NCBI RefSeq assembly: GCF_009914755.1
Contig: NC_060929.1
Length of the DNA: 64,000 nucleotides
Source: the human T2T-CHM13v2.0 reference genome, Homo sapiens
Strand: one strand, 5' to 3'
Positions 17,098-32,306 of the stretch are shown in pieces. The position numbers were made by a program, and so were the translations under genes. A model generated the notes under the pieces. The model was not told the origin of the DNA, made no database searches, and was given only the letters and a program-made list of their open reading frames with translations. The stretch's first letter is position 1. The number at the start of each line of letters is the position of its first letter.

Positions 17098-18169
17098 AAA
17101 ATCTGGGCCTCCCGCCAAGGGTGGGAAACATCAGAAAGCTCAGAAAAGCTCAGAGGACCACACCTGCCCGTTCACCTGTCCTGGGCTCCTGCTGAAGCCA
17201 GGGCTACCAGATGGGAGCTAAAGACCTCCCTTAAGCAAGTCCCAAACCACCATTACCTCCCACGAGTACAGGTAGGCGGGGTGTTCGTGCATCAGGTACG
17301 GCCACCAGAGGTTGGCACCCAGCACCTTCAGCTGGCCCTGGGTCCCAGCCTGGTTGTCCACGACTTTGTTTTCTGATTTCAAAAGACACACTTCCAACTT
17401 GAACTGGTTACTGCACTTGACGGAGATATGGTAATTCACCAGCCCTGCAGGAGGCAAGAGAGACCAGGGCTTAGGGAGGGACATGACCTGGGTCACACGA
17501 ACAGGAATGCCCCACAATGACCACTCCCAGGCACTCTCATTTGCTTCTGTTGCTTTTTTTTTTTTTTTTTTTTTGAGATAGAATCTCGCTCTGTCACCCA
17601 GGCTGGAGTGCAGTGGCATGATCTGGACTCACTGAAACCTCTGCCTCCCAGGTTCAAGTGATTCTCCTGCCTCAGCCTCTGGAATAGCTGGGATTACAGG
17701 CACCTGCCACCACATCCAGCTAATTTTTGTATTGTTAGTAGAGACCGGGTTTCACCACATTAGCCAGGATGGTCTTGATCTCCTGACCTCGTGATCCGCC
17801 TGCCTCGGCCTCCCAAAGTGCTGGGATTACAGGCTTGAGCCACCGTGCCCGGCCCTGAACCAATGCGCCCGGCCCGCTTTTTTTTAATTTAATTTTTTAA
17901 TTTTTTTTTTTTTTTTTTTTTTTTTGAGATGGAGTCTCACTCTGTCACCCAGGCTGGAGTGTAGTGCTGCGATCCTGACTCACTGCAACCTCCACCTCTG
18001 GAGTTCAGGTGATTCTCCTGCCTCAGCCTTCCGAGTACCTGGGAATACAGGAATGCACCACCATGCCCGGCGAATTTTTGTATTTTTAGTAGAGACGGAG
18101 TTTTGCCATGTTGGCCAGGCTGGTCTCGAACTCCTGATCTCAGGTGACCCACCCGCCTCAGTCTCCCAA
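16478..18169. mobile_element. Alu cluster around exon 5: nested Alus 16478-17096 with a (TAAA)n tail; minus Alus ~17555-17853 and ~17900-18169 (truncated)
   Basis: Canonical Alu motifs. The last Alu stops at 'gtctcccaa' and lacks its 5' end. Confidence 0.88.
17257..17444 (-). pseudogene. GUSBP: GUSB pseudogene exon 5 (188 nt, frame intact)
   Basis: Reads [63 protein letters not shown]. gcag| acceptor and |gtaatg donor. Confidence 0.97.
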
Positions 18170-18689
18170 TAGATTAGATATATTATTAACGAATTGCTTC
18201 CTTTAACACGCTATTCATTGAATTTTCCAGTAAACCACAATTACTAATTACTCCTGAAATCAGAAAAGAGGTTAAAAAGATTTTATAACAGTATCTTATG
18301 AAATCTACTACTTTCAAGTAATAGTAGTTGAATTACCAAAACCCGTCACTCAAGCCAATGACTACAATTAAGATATCAGTAATATTTCCTAGATAAATAA
18401 AGTCAATTAATTATATTTGCATCTGGGAAATAGAGAAAGTACATATAAGCCATGATTTTGAAGTCAAAAGAGAGAGAATATTTGGCAAGGAGGGGTGAGT
18501 TATAGTATGTAATTATAACATATAGTAGTTTTTTGTATGCTGGTAACTAATTTTAATTTCCTACATTTTTATGTAGATTTCTGCTATTCTTGTGCTGTTT
18601 TCCTAATCACCTTTCTATATGGATGACTACATAAGTCTGAGAATACCAAAAGAGACAGACACAGAACCAATCGGATTCCTTTCTTCTTG

Positions 18690-19315
<626 letters not shown>

Positions 19316-19493
19316 TTTGAATTTTGTTTAAATCACTAACACATACTGGGCATTTAATAACAAAAAAAAGGACATGAGATTGTGATCCTTAGGAGGGTTT
19401 GAGAGGCATTTCACTAGGGTTCAACATAGAGCAGTCTGAAACATACTGTAATAATTTAATCCAATGGCTCATCTACAGCACCTAAAAAGATTA

Positions 19494-20401
<908 letters not shown>

Positions 20402-21067
20402 TATTTTCGTAGACAATCTAATCTCAGAAGATTTCAATTCAGACAAAAATCATGAGAATTACTGTATTACAAAAGGGCACTAGATAGGGGAAAAAGAGTA
20501 AAAATCACAATTAAAACAAAGGTTCAAAATTCTGCAGCAACCATATCCAGTTACACTTTAATATGTTTGTGGCAGACTACATTATTGTTCCCAACTCATC
20601 ACCCCTCCCTATATCTAAAACCTTTCCCCAAGACAATGCAGTTCCTCCTGCTAGAGATCAGGTATATTTATCTATACTATCAATGTTAGCCATGGACAAG
20701 GTATGTGCTTTGGCTGACTGAATGTTAGTGGACATGATAGAAGCAATGGCTTAAAATGTACTTCCAGAACTGGAGTTTCCTTGTGATTCTATCACTGTGA
20801 CAAAAACACATTCTCAGGTAGTCCACTGATCCAAGGGGGAACAAACACACAGAAAACATACCTAGACTCTATCTGCAGCTCGCAGCCTCACCAAGCCAGG
20901 AACAGTCATCTCACAGATATGTTAGCAAAAATAAATGTTTTTCGTACCTTAAGTTTTATATAATTATTGACCTATAGTTAACTGATATACAATATACATT
21001 AATCTTAAAATATCATTATCCCATTAAAAATATTTACATTAAAAACTGAGACCACTTTCTTTCCTCC

Positions 21068-21100
<33 letters not shown>

Positions 21101-21532
21101 AGACAGGGTGTCTCAATGTTGCCCAAGCTGGAGTTCAGTGGCTAGTGGCTATTCACAAGAACGATCATCGCACACTACCTCAAACTCCTGGGATCAAGCA
21201 ATCCTCCTGCCTCAGCTTTCCAAGTCGCTGGGACAATAAGTGTGTACCACAGCATGTCAGCTCTCTCTCTCCTTCTTGACCTAAAGCCTAGCATAAAATT
21301 AGCTAAGTAGAATGTTTCCAAAGATGCCTGCATCAGTATCTCCCATCCCACATAATTTCTGTTTGATTTTGCCATTCACCCATAAAATGGTGGGATCTAC
21401 CTCCCCTCCTTGCAAATTTGAGCTGGCCCTCTGATCCTGTCTAAGATCTGAAGCCAGATATTAAGGTACTTCATTAATTTCCATGTTTGTCCTCTATGCA
21501 ACCTAGCAATCAAGCCAGAAGTCAAAACATAC

Positions 21533-23645
21533 TGACATAGTTTGGATGGGTCCCCACCCAAATCTCACCTTGCATTGGAATAATTCCCACGTGTCAAGGG
21601 TGGGGCCAGGTGCAGATAACTGAATCATGGGGATGGTTCCCCCCATACTGTTCTCGTGGTAGTGACTAAGTCTCATGAGATCTGATGGTTTTATAAATGG
21701 GAGCTCCCCTGCACATGCTCTCTCCTGCCTTGCCACTATGTGAGACATGCTTTTGCACCTCCTTGCCTTCCACCATGATTGTGAGGCCTCCCCAGCCATG
21801 CAGAACTGTGAGTCAATTCAACCTCTTTCCTTTATAAATTACCCAGTCTCAGGTATGTCTTTATTTGCAGTGTGAGAACAGACTAATACAATAAGTTGAT
21901 ACCAGTAGAGTGGGCTGCTGCTGTAAAGATACCCGAAAATGTGGAAGCAACTTTGGAAATGGGTAACAGGGAGAGGCTGGAACAGTTTGGAAGGCTCAGA
22001 AGAGGATAGGAAAATGTGGGAAAGTTTGGAACTTCCTAGAGACTTGTTGAATGGCTTTGACCAAAATGTTAATAGTGATATGGACAATAAGGTCCAGGCG
22101 GAGGTGGTCTCAGAGGGAGATGAGGAATTTGTTGGGAAATGGAGTAAAGTCACTCTTACTATGCAAAGACACTGCAGGCACTGTGCACCTGTATTAGAAA
22201 CGGGCATAAGATAGGCGGGAAAGAGTCAAAATAAGAATTTTTTTCTAGAGTTCCCTAGAGATCTGTGGAACTTTGAACTTGAGAGAGATGATTTAAGGTA
22301 TCTGACAGAAGAAATTTCTAAGCAGCAAAGCATTCGAGAAGAAGCAGAGCATAAAAGTTCAGAAAATTTGTAGCCTGATGATGCAACAGAAAAGAAAAAT
22401 CTATTTTCTCAGGAGACTGGGTTGTAGAAATTTGCATAAGTAATGAGGAGCCAAATGTTAATCACCAAGACAATGGGGCAAATGTCTCCAGGGCATGTTA
22501 GAGACCCTCACAGCAGACCCTCCCATCACAGGCCAGGAGGCTTAGAAGGAAAAATGCTCTTGTGAGTCCAGAACCCCCTGCTGTGTGCAGCCTAGGAACC
22601 TGGTGCCCTGCATCCCAGCTGCTCCTGCCACAGGTAAAAGGGGCCAAGGTACACCTCAGGCCATGGCTTCAGAGGGTGCAAGTTCCAAGCCTTTCAGGTT
22701 CTAGGTGGTGTTAAGCCTGCAGATGCACCGAAGAATTAACGTTCATGAACCTCCGCCTAGATTTCAGAAGATGTATGAAAATGCCTGGAAATCCAGGCAA
22801 AAGTTTGCTGTGCACGGGAGCGGGGGGCCCTCATGGATAACCTCTGCTAGGGCAGTGTCAAAGGGAAATATGGGGTTGGAGCCCCCACACAGAGTCCCCA
22901 CTGGGGTACTGCCAAGCAGAGCTGTCACAAAGGGGCCACCATCCTCCAGACCCCAGAATGGTAGATCCACTGACAGCTTGCACTGTGTGCCTGGAAAAGC
23001 TGCAGACACTCAATGCAGCCAGAAGGGGGGGCCGTACCCTGCAAAGCCACAGGGGCGGGGCTGCCCAAGACCCTGGGAACCCACTTCTTGCATCACCTAG
23101 ATGTGACACATGGAGTCAAAGGAGGTCATTTTGGAGCTCTAAGATTTGCCTGCTGGGTTTTGGACTTGCATGGGGCCTGTAGCTCTTTCGCTTTGGCCAA
23201 TTTCTCCCATTTGAAACGAGTGTATTTACCCAATGCCTGTATCCCTGTGTATCTAGAAAATAACTAACTTGCTTTTGGTTTTACAGGCTCACAGGTGGAA
23301 GGGACTTGCCTTGTCTCAGATGAGACTTTGGACTATGGAATTTTGAGTTAATGCTGAAATAAGAGTTTGGGGGACTTAGGGGAAGGCACGATTGCTTTTG
23401 AAATATGAGGACATGAGATTTGGGAGGGGCCGGGGAAGAATTATATGGTTTGGCTCTGTCCCCACCCAAATCTCATCTTGAATTGTAACAATTCCCATGT
23501 GTCAAGGGTGGGGCCAGGTGGAGATAACTGAATCATGGAGGCAGTTTCCCCCATGCTGTTCTCATGGTAGTGAATAAGTCTCATGAGGTCTGATGGTTTT
23601 ATAAATGGATGTTCCCCTGCACATGCTCTCTCCTGCCCACCATGT
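21533..23645 (+). mobile_element. THE1 (MaLR) element, copy in terminal unit
   Basis: Appears identical to 1135-3247 at offset +20398. Confidence 0.9.
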
Positions 23646-24736
23646 CTGACTAAATTTTGTATTTTTACTAGAGACGGGGTTTCACTATGTTGGCCAGGCT
23701 GGCCTCCAACTCCTGATCTCGTGATCCGTCCACCCCGACCTCCCAAAGTGCTAGGATTATAGGCATAAGCCACCACACCCGGCCTCTTTTTTTTCTTTTT
23801 CTTTTTTTTATCTGGAGACTGAGTTTTGCACTCGTTGCCCAGGCTGGAGTGCAATGGTGCGATCTCAGCTCACTGCAGTCTCCACCTCAGCAGGAGAGCA
23901 GGAATCTTCAGTGATCCACGGGCAGATCTGCAGCCATTGTGGGCACCTGTTCCTCCCGCGACCTTTGTGCCCACGTCTCTCCCTCCAGTACCTATTGCAC
24001 GACCCCCCACGTCCGCCTCCTGCCATTGCCAGCAAGTGCCTTGCGCGGGTACCTGGCTGCGCTTATTAATCCATTATGGTCGCTCTGTCACTGGTGCCAT
24101 TATGTGCTCACGTGCCCACTCCCTCAGGTTTAGAAGTCGCGTCGCCCGGCAACAGAACAATCTGCTGGCTTAGCCTTTGGCCAAGTTGGCAGCTGGACGA
24201 GGACGCTCAGAGCCCAGCTCTCGAGAGTTCAAGTATCCGACAGTTCCCCACTGCTCCCAGGAGCGGTTACCCGGGCACTCTGTGCCCCTCATTCCTGTTT
24301 GGGCCAAGGCCGAGGACCTGCGAGTAGGGCTCAGTTGCCTGGAGCCCCTTCAGCCCATCGCCCAGTTCACTTTGCTTGTGGGATCTCCCCGTTGCTCCTG
24401 CCCCTGGACTGAGTGGCAGGCCATCCTACAAACACCCGGACACTCGACATCAGTGGTGTCAAGACAACTCTAAGAAGGTTTTCCGTGATCCTGCAAGACC
24501 TGTGTTCCATCCTGGTGATTCTCTCTTCAATTTCACTGCACAGGTACCACAGTAAGCCAGTGCTGTGTGCTCCGAATTCCAGGGCATCCCCCAGCTCAGC
24601 CACTACACTCAGCACAAGGACTCTGTGGGGCCCAGGAGCAGGTAGTCACCCCTTTGGGCTCCTCAACACCCGGCTGTCCCCAGACTTGTGTCCAGGGAAG
24701 ATAGTGTTGAGGGCCCTCAAGGAGAGCAGGGCAGGG

Positions 24737-27700
24737 ATGCCTGAGCAGGACAAGGACCCCAGAGTCCAAGAAAATCCTGATGATCACAGAACGGTCCCCG
24801 AGGTCACCGGGGATGCACGGTCTGCATTTTGGCCCCTGCGGGACAATGGAGGCCTCTCTCCCTTTGTGCCCAGGCCCGGGCCTCTGCAGACAGACCTCCA
24901 TGCCCAGAGCTCAGAAATCAGATATAACCAGACATCCCAGACATCCTGGACGAGCTCGAGCACCAAACGAAATGCTATCTCCAGCTCCTACAGCTCCACG
25001 GGAGGCTTGCCGGGGCTAAAGCAGAGGAGGGGACCAGCCTCATCCCGCTGCCAGCTGACCCTCAGTTACTCAAAGACAGTGAGTGAGGACAGGCCTCAGG
25101 CTGTCTCTTCGGGTCACACACGGTGTGAAAAGGCGGCAGATACAGCACCAGGGCAGACACTCGCCCCCAGGGGTGGCTCCCCCAGATCCCAGGCCTCTAG
25201 GCCCCGTAGACGCAAGATTCCCCTGCTGCCAAGCAGGCGAGGGGAGCCTTTGATGATGCCACCTCCCTTAGAGCTGGGGTACCGGGTCACGGCTGAAGAC
25301 CTGCACCTGGAAAAACAGGCGGCATTCCAGCGCATCAACAGTGCACTGCACGTTGAGGACAAGGCCATCTCGGACTGCAGACCCTCACGGCCTTCCCACA
25401 CTTTGTCCTCACTTGCAACAGGGGCTTCGGGTGGGCCTCCCGTTTCTAAAGCACCCACTATGGATGCACAGCAGGACAGACCCAAGTCCCAAGACTGCCT
25501 GGGCCTAGTGGCCCCCCTAGCATCTGCTGCAGAGGTCTCCTCTACAGCTCCCGTGTCTGGGAAGAAGCAGAGACCACCAGGACCCCTGTTCTCCTCCTCA
25601 GATCCCCTTCCTGCCACCTCTTCCCACTCCCGGGACTCAGCCCAGGTCACCTCGATGATTCCTGCCCCCTTCACAGCTGCAAGCAGGGATGCCGGCATGA
25701 GAAGAACAAGGTCGGCCCCTGCAGCTGCCGCAGCAGCCCCTCCCCCCTCCACATTGAACCCCACGTCGGGGTCACTACTCAATGCAGTGGATGGAGGCCC
25801 CTCACATTTCTTGGCCTCAGCCACAGCTGCAGCACGTGCCCAGAGGTCAGAAGTGAGATACAACCAGAGATCCCAGATCTCCCGGACCAGATCCTGCCTC
25901 AAACGAAATGCCAGCTCCAGCTCCCACAGCTCTACGGAAGGCCTCCCGGAACTAAAGCGGAGGAGGGGGCCAGCCTCATCCCACTGCCAGCTGGCCCACA
26001 GTTCCTCAAAGACAGTGAGTGAGGACGGACCTCAGGCTGTCTCTTCGGGTCACACCCACTGTGAAAAGAGGGCAGATACAGCACCAGGGCAGACACTCGC
26101 CCCCAGGGGTGGCTCCCCCAGATCCCAGGCCTCTAGGCCCCACATCAACAGTGCACTGCACGTTGAGGACAAGGCCATCTCGGACTGCCGACCCTCGCGG
26201 CCTTCCCACACTTTGTCCTCACTTGCAACAGGGGCTTCGGGTGGGCCTCCCGTTTCTAAAGCACCCACTATGGATGCACAGCAGGACAGACCCAAGTCCC
26301 AAGACTGCCTGGGCCTACTGGCCCCCCTAGCATCTGCTGCAGAGCTCCCCTCTACAGCTCCCGTGTCTGGGAAGAAACACAGACCACCAGGACCCCTGTT
26401 CTCCTCCTCAGATCCCCTTCCTGCCACCTCTTCCCACTCCCGGGACTCAGCCCAGGTCACCTCGATGATTCCTGCCCCCTTCACAGCTGCAAGCAGGGAT
26501 GCCGGCATGAGAAGAACAAGGTCGGCTCCTGCAGCTGCCGCAGCAGCCCCTCCCCCCTCCACATTGAACCCCACGTCGGGGTCACTACTCAATGCAGTGG
26601 ATGGAGGCCCCTCACATTTCTTGGCCTCAGCCACAGCTGCAGCACGTGCCCGGAGGTCACAAGTGAGATATAACCAGAGATCCCAGACCTCCCGAACCAG
26701 ATACTGCCTCAAACGAAATGCCAGCTCCAGCTCCCACAGCTCTACGGAAGGCCTCCAGGAACTAAAGCGGAGGAGGGGGCCAGCCTCATCACACTGCCAG
26801 CTGGCCCTCAGTTCCTCAAACACAGTGAGTGAGGACGGACCTCAGGCTGTCTCTTCGCGTCACACCCGCTGTGAAAAGGCAGATACAGCACCAGGGCAGA
26901 CACTCGCCCCCAGGGGTGGCTCCCCCAGATCCCAGGCCTCTAGGCCCCGCATCAACAGTGCACTGCACGTTGAGGACAAGGCCACCTCGGACTGCAGACC
27001 CTCACGGCCTTCCCACACTTTGTCCTCACTTGCAACAGGGGCTTCGGGTGGGCCTCCCGTTTCTAAAGCACCCACTATGGATGCACAGCCGGACAAACTC
27101 AAGTCCCAAGACTGCCTGGGCCTAGTGGCCGCCCTAGCATCTGCTACAGAGGTCTCCTCTACAGCTCCCATGTCTGGGAAGAAGCACAGACCACCAGGAC
27201 CCCTGTTCTCCTCCTCAGATCCCCTTCCTGCCACCTCTTCCCACTCCCAGGACTCAGCCCAGGTCACCTCGATGATTCCTGCCCCCTTCACAGCTGCAAG
27301 CAGGGATGCCAGCATGAGAAGAACAAGGCCTGGCACCTCGGCTCCTGCAGCTGCCGCAGCAGCCCCTCCCCCCTCCACATTGAACCCCACGTCGGGGTCA
27401 CTACTCAATGCAGTGGATGAAGGCCCCTCACATTTCTTGGCCTCAGCCACAGCTGCAGCACGTGCCCGGAGGTCACAAGTGAGATATAACCAGAGATCCC
27501 AGACCTCCCGGACCAGATCCTGCCTCAAACGAAATGCCAGCTCCAGCTCCCACAGCTCTACGGAAGGCCTCCAGGAACTAAAGCGGAGGAGGGGGCCAGC
27601 CTCATCCCACTGCCAGCTGGCCCTCAGTTCCTCAAACACAGTGAGTGAGGACGGACCTCAGGCTGTCTCTTCGCGTGACACCCGCTGTGAAAAGGCAGAT

Positions 27701-28234
27701 ACAGCACCAGGGCAGACACTCGCCCCCAGGGGTGGCTCCCCCAGATCCCAGGCCTCTAGGCCCCGCATCAACAGTGCACTGCACGTTGAGGACAAGGCCA
27801 TCTCGGACTGCAGACCCTCACGGCCTTCCCACACTTTGTCCTCACTTGCAACAGGGGCTTCGGGTGGGCCTCCCGTTTCTAAAGCACCCACTATGGATGC
27901 ACAGCAGGACAGACCCAAGTCCCAAGACTGCCTGGGCCTAGTGGCCCCCCTAGCATCTGCTGCAGAGGTCTCCTCTACAGCTCCCGTGTCTGGGAAGAAG
28001 CACAGACCACCAGGACCCCTGTTCTCCTCCTCAGATCCCCTTCCGGCCACCTCTTCCCACTCCGGGGACTCAGCCCAGGACACCTCGCTGATTCCTGCCC
28101 CCTTCACACCTGCAAGCAGGGATGCCGGCGTGAGAAGAATGTTTTGTGTTCGAAATTGTTTGAGGGGTTTGGGTTTATTTTTGTTGGTTTTTTCTCTTTT
28201 TTTTTTGCTTACATGGGCATCCTTCAGCTTTTAA
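24737..28234 (+). CDS. Putative POM121-like protein: intronless, 1165 aa from first ATG (open from GTG 24413, 1273 aa), Ser/Pro/Ala-rich, internal ~270-aa repeats, C-terminal hydrophobic segment
   Basis: Uninterrupted 3.8-kb ORF. Segments SAFWPLRDNGGLSPFVPRPGPL, RNAISSSYSSTGG and LLPSRRGEPLMMPPPLELGYRVTAEDLHLEK resemble the POM121 NLS/Ser-rich region. There is no N-terminal TM and there are no FG repeats. AATAAA lies 65 nt after the stop. Translation is unproven. Confidence 0.6.
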   Translation: MPEQDKDPRVQENPDDHRTVPEVTGDARSAFWPLRDNGGLSPFVPRPGPLQTDLHAQSSEIRYNQTSQTSWTSSSTKRNAISSSYSSTGGLPGLKQRRGPASSRCQLTLSYSKTVSEDRPQAVSSGHTRCEKAADTAPGQTLAPRGGSPRSQASRPRRRKIPLLPSRRGEPLMMPPPLELGYRVTAEDLHLEKQAAFQRINSALHVEDKAISDCRPSRPSHTLSSLATGASGGPPVSKAPTMDAQQDRPKSQDCLGLVAPLASAAEVSSTAPVSGKKQRPPGPLFSSSDPLPATSSHSRDSAQVTSMIPAPFTAASRDAGMRRTRSAPAAAAAAPPPSTLNPTSGSLLNAVDGGPSHFLASATAAARAQRSEVRYNQRSQISRTRSCLKRNASSSSHSSTEGLPELKRRRGPASSHCQLAHSSSKTVSEDGPQAVSSGHTHCEKRADTAPGQTLAPRGGSPRSQASRPHINSALHVEDKAISDCRPSRPSHTLSSLATGASGGPPVSKAPTMDAQQDRPKSQDCLGLLAPLASAAELPSTAPVSGKKHRPPGPLFSSSDPLPATSSHSRDSAQVTSMIPAPFTAASRDAGMRRTRSAPAAAAAAPPPSTLNPTSGSLLNAVDGGPSHFLASATAAARARRSQVRYNQRSQTSRTRYCLKRNASSSSHSSTEGLQELKRRRGPASSHCQLALSSSNTVSEDGPQAVSSRHTRCEKADTAPGQTLAPRGGSPRSQASRPRINSALHVEDKATSDCRPSRPSHTLSSLATGASGGPPVSKAPTMDAQPDKLKSQDCLGLVAALASATEVSSTAPMSGKKHRPPGPLFSSSDPLPATSSHSQDSAQVTSMIPAPFTAASRDASMRRTRPGTSAPAAAAAAPPPSTLNPTSGSLLNAVDEGPSHFLASATAAARARRSQVRYNQRSQTSRTRSCLKRNASSSSHSSTEGLQELKRRRGPASSHCQLALSSSNTVSEDGPQAVSSRDTRCEKADTAPGQTLAPRGGSPRSQASRPRINSALHVEDKAISDCRPSRPSHTLSSLATGASGGPPVSKAPTMDAQQDRPKSQDCLGLVAPLASAAEVSSTAPVSGKKHRPPGPLFSSSDPLPATSSHSGDSAQDTSLIPAPFTPASRDAGVRRMFCVRNCLRGLGLFLLVFSLFFLLTWASFSF
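25331..28139 (+). repeat. Internal coding tandem repeat with periods 810, 807 and 816 bp plus a partial fourth copy (copy in unit n-1: 4933-7673)
   Basis: Anchor 'c(g/a)catcaacagtgcactgcacgttgaggac' (INSALHVEDK) at 25331, 26141, 26948 and 27764. Confidence 0.95.
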
Positions 28235-28298
28235 TAATCTGAAAAACTCTATTTACCCATTGTCAATGTGTATAAATTAATCTGAGTCAATTTTATAC

Positions 28299-28304
28299 AA
28301 TAAA
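28299..28304 (+). promoter_or_regulatory. Candidate polyadenylation signal of the POM121-like transcript (copy at 7833-7838)
   Basis: AATAAA 65 nt downstream of the TAA stop, in AT-rich 3'-UTR-like sequence. Confidence 0.5.
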
Positions 28305-30301
28305 AGGTGAACTTTTATGCATGAAACAATAATTTAACAAAAAATGTACCTGAAGAAGAATGTTCATTACAAATACAGGAAACATAAATATTACCAAATA
28401 TTGGCAAGCACTAAAATGTTCAGAAATATAAGTCTATTACAGTTATAGCTCTCTCAAGCAAAAAAACAGCAGAGAAAAACTTAGTTTACCTTAGGGGCTA
28501 TTTATTTACTTAGGGATTTGTTAAAAGGTCGAATGGGGTCACACAGAATACTAAGAAGAGCTGTTCACCCAGGCCTCACTAAGAACTCTTCTTCATTCAG
28601 TAGCTGTATAGTAACATGACAACTGCTCCTACGACCCAAAGAGGAACTACAGCAACTACTCTTTAGCATCTGTTGCTCCCAACTCTGCTTTGCAATTATA
28701 TGACTCAAGCATTCTGGCTCCGTTAACTATTACTGCTGTTACTCCCAATTAAATTCCCTCTAAAAAATAAAAATTTTTAAAGCTCTAATTTAAGCTCTCT
28801 GCTGCCTCATGACTTCAATTCCATCAGAGTTATGCATTGTTTCCTCTGTACATCTTTGCTCTGCTTCCATTGCTAATTCCCTAGTAAAGTGTTGTATATT
28901 CAAAGTTCCAAAGAAACAGAATATCCAAGACATCACCAATCATCCAAAACACAGTGTAGGAGGCCACAGTTAAGAGAAGCAAGACCATTAGCTCTTTTTA
29001 TAGGCTCGAGAACAACAGGATGCTTTGGTCCTGTATCAGCAGGACGCTTTTCGGGTAGATCCTACTGCCACCCTAGCTATGGGCACATGTCAGAGTCCCA
29101 TGTAATAAAGGAGACAAAAGGAAACCACCACGAGTATAAACTAAGAAAAGTACTCCAAGGTTTCTAAGAATGGAGCTGTATAACTCACTTTGCCCCATTT
29201 GTTACTTCTCCACGGTACTTACCACCACCTATTACATATATTTTGTTTATAGTCAGTCTTCCCTCATTACAATGAAAGTTCCGTGAGGATAGGAATATAC
29301 AGTCAGCCCTCAGTATCCATGGGGGACTAGTTTCAGGATCTCCTGAGGATAACAAAGGATACTCAAGTCCCTGATATAAAATGACATAGTATTTGCACAT
29401 CACCTTTGCACATCCTCCCATATACTTCATATCAACTCTAGATCACTCATAATATCCGATGTAAATGTCATGCAAATAGTTATTGTACTATATTGTGTAA
29501 GGAATAAGGACAAGAAAAAAGTCTTTACATGTTCAGTACAGACGCAATTTTTTTTTCCAATATTTCCAATCCTTGGTTGGCTTAACAGATGTAGAACCCA
29601 GGAATAAGTTCTGGTGTCCTATTGCATAGTAGGATGAGTATAGTTAACAATAACATATTATATATTTGAAAATAGCCAGAAGAGTAGATTTTGAATTTTC
29701 TCCCTACAGAAAAATCATTATGCAAATTACCCTGATTTGATCATTACACATTGAGTACATGTATTAAAACATCACATTGTACCCCATATATATGTACAAT
29801 TATTATGTGTCCATAAAAATTTAATGTCAATATGTGAAATAAAATGAAAAAATAAAAATTTTTAAAGCTGTAATCATCTCCATCTGGTAGGAATATATAT
29901 AATCTGAAATAAAAAATATATTTGTAATTGTTAGGACAAAATAGATTATACATTAAGTCTGCAAATTACAAATTATAAAATTCTCACAGAAACTGAAAAA
30001 TTATTGATACTGTTAAATATTTAAAAAGCTGTCCTTGGAGAGAAAGAAACCTATCAGATTTACATCAACAAGTGTAATATATCAGCCTATTACCATCTGC
30101 TACAGACTGCATGTTTGTGTTCCCTCAAAATTCATATGATAGGCCGGGCGCGGTGGCTCATGCCTGTAATCCCAGCACTTTGGGAGGCCGAGGCGGGTGG
30201 ATCACGAGGTCAGGAGATCGAGATCATCCTGGCTAACATGGTAAAACCCCGTCTCTACTAAAAATACAAAAAATTAGCCGGGCGCAGTGGCGGGCGCCTT
30301 A

Positions 30302-30439
<138 letters not shown>

Positions 30440-30608
30440 TCATATGATAAAGCCCTAACCCCCAAGGTGAGGATACTGGGAGGCGTGGCCTTTAGGAGAG
30501 AATTAGGTTTAGATGAGGTCATGAGAATAGAGCCCCTGTGGTGGCATTACTTCCTTTATAAGAAGAGACACTAGAGCTGCTTTTCTCCCTACCATGTGAG
30601 GATACTGA

Positions 30609-31080
<472 letters not shown>

Positions 31081-31242
31081 TAAGATACCATCCTATAAGC
31101 TACAGACCAGCACTATCCAATAGAACTTTATATGACGAGGAAATGTTTTATATCTGTGCTATCCCTTATGTTAGCCACTAGCCACATGTATCCATCAAGT
31201 ATTTGAAATATGGCTAGTGCAACTAAAGAACTTAATTTTTAA

Positions 31243-31368
<126 letters not shown>

Positions 31369-32306
31369 TGAGTAGCTGGGACTGCAGGCGCCCGCCACCA
31401 CGCCCGGCTAATTTTTTTGTATTTTTAATAGAGATGGGGTTTCACCGTCTTAGTAAGGATGGTCTCGATCTCCTGACCTAATGATCTGCCCGCCTCGGCC
31501 TCCCAAAGTGCTGGGATTACAGGCGTGAGCCACCACGCCTGGCCAATTTTTATTTCATCTTATTTAAATAACCACATGTGGCTAGTGGCTAATGTATTGA
31601 ACACTACAGCTGTAGACAATACGAAATAAATATAAAGCAGTCTCAACTTTGGAAAAACAGAAGACTCTTACTGCCTCATAATATAGATGAAAAATGAAAT
31701 ACTAAGTTAAGTAAAACGTTCTTTAAAGAACAAAAACAAAAGAAAACCTAATGAAAGCTATAAAAGTCCATTGGATAATAATGCTACCAGTACTAAGGAA
31801 GTACAGCCCCTAAAAGTGACTTGCAGTCACAAATATAAAAATGACTATTCAAGTGAACTCCTAAGGTAAAAATTTCTTATTCACCATGCTCCAAAATGGT
31901 CTGTAATATTCTTCAGAGATGGCATGGTAAAGTACGATACAAGGGTAATATTAACAGTATGCTGTCACAGGTGCCATTCTCTTATAAAAGAAATCCCAAA
32001 ATAAATATAAATGGAAAGCAAATAATTAGTGGAGTTTTTACGGTCAATCAATGGTAAATATTATTGGCATTAGATTTTTCTATTAATTATAGTTTACCTA
32101 TGATCATGTATTTTTCCATTTAAAAATTACCCTAAAACTTAATGGCTTAAAATAACAAATATGTATGACACAATTTATAGAAGTCAGGGAAATGATGGAT
32201 TTGGGTAGGTGGTTCTGACTCGAAGTCTCTCATGAGTAAAGGTTGCTGTCATGTTGTTGACCCAGGCAGCATCCCCCGAAGCCTTTAACTTGTGTTGGAA
32301 GGTCCA

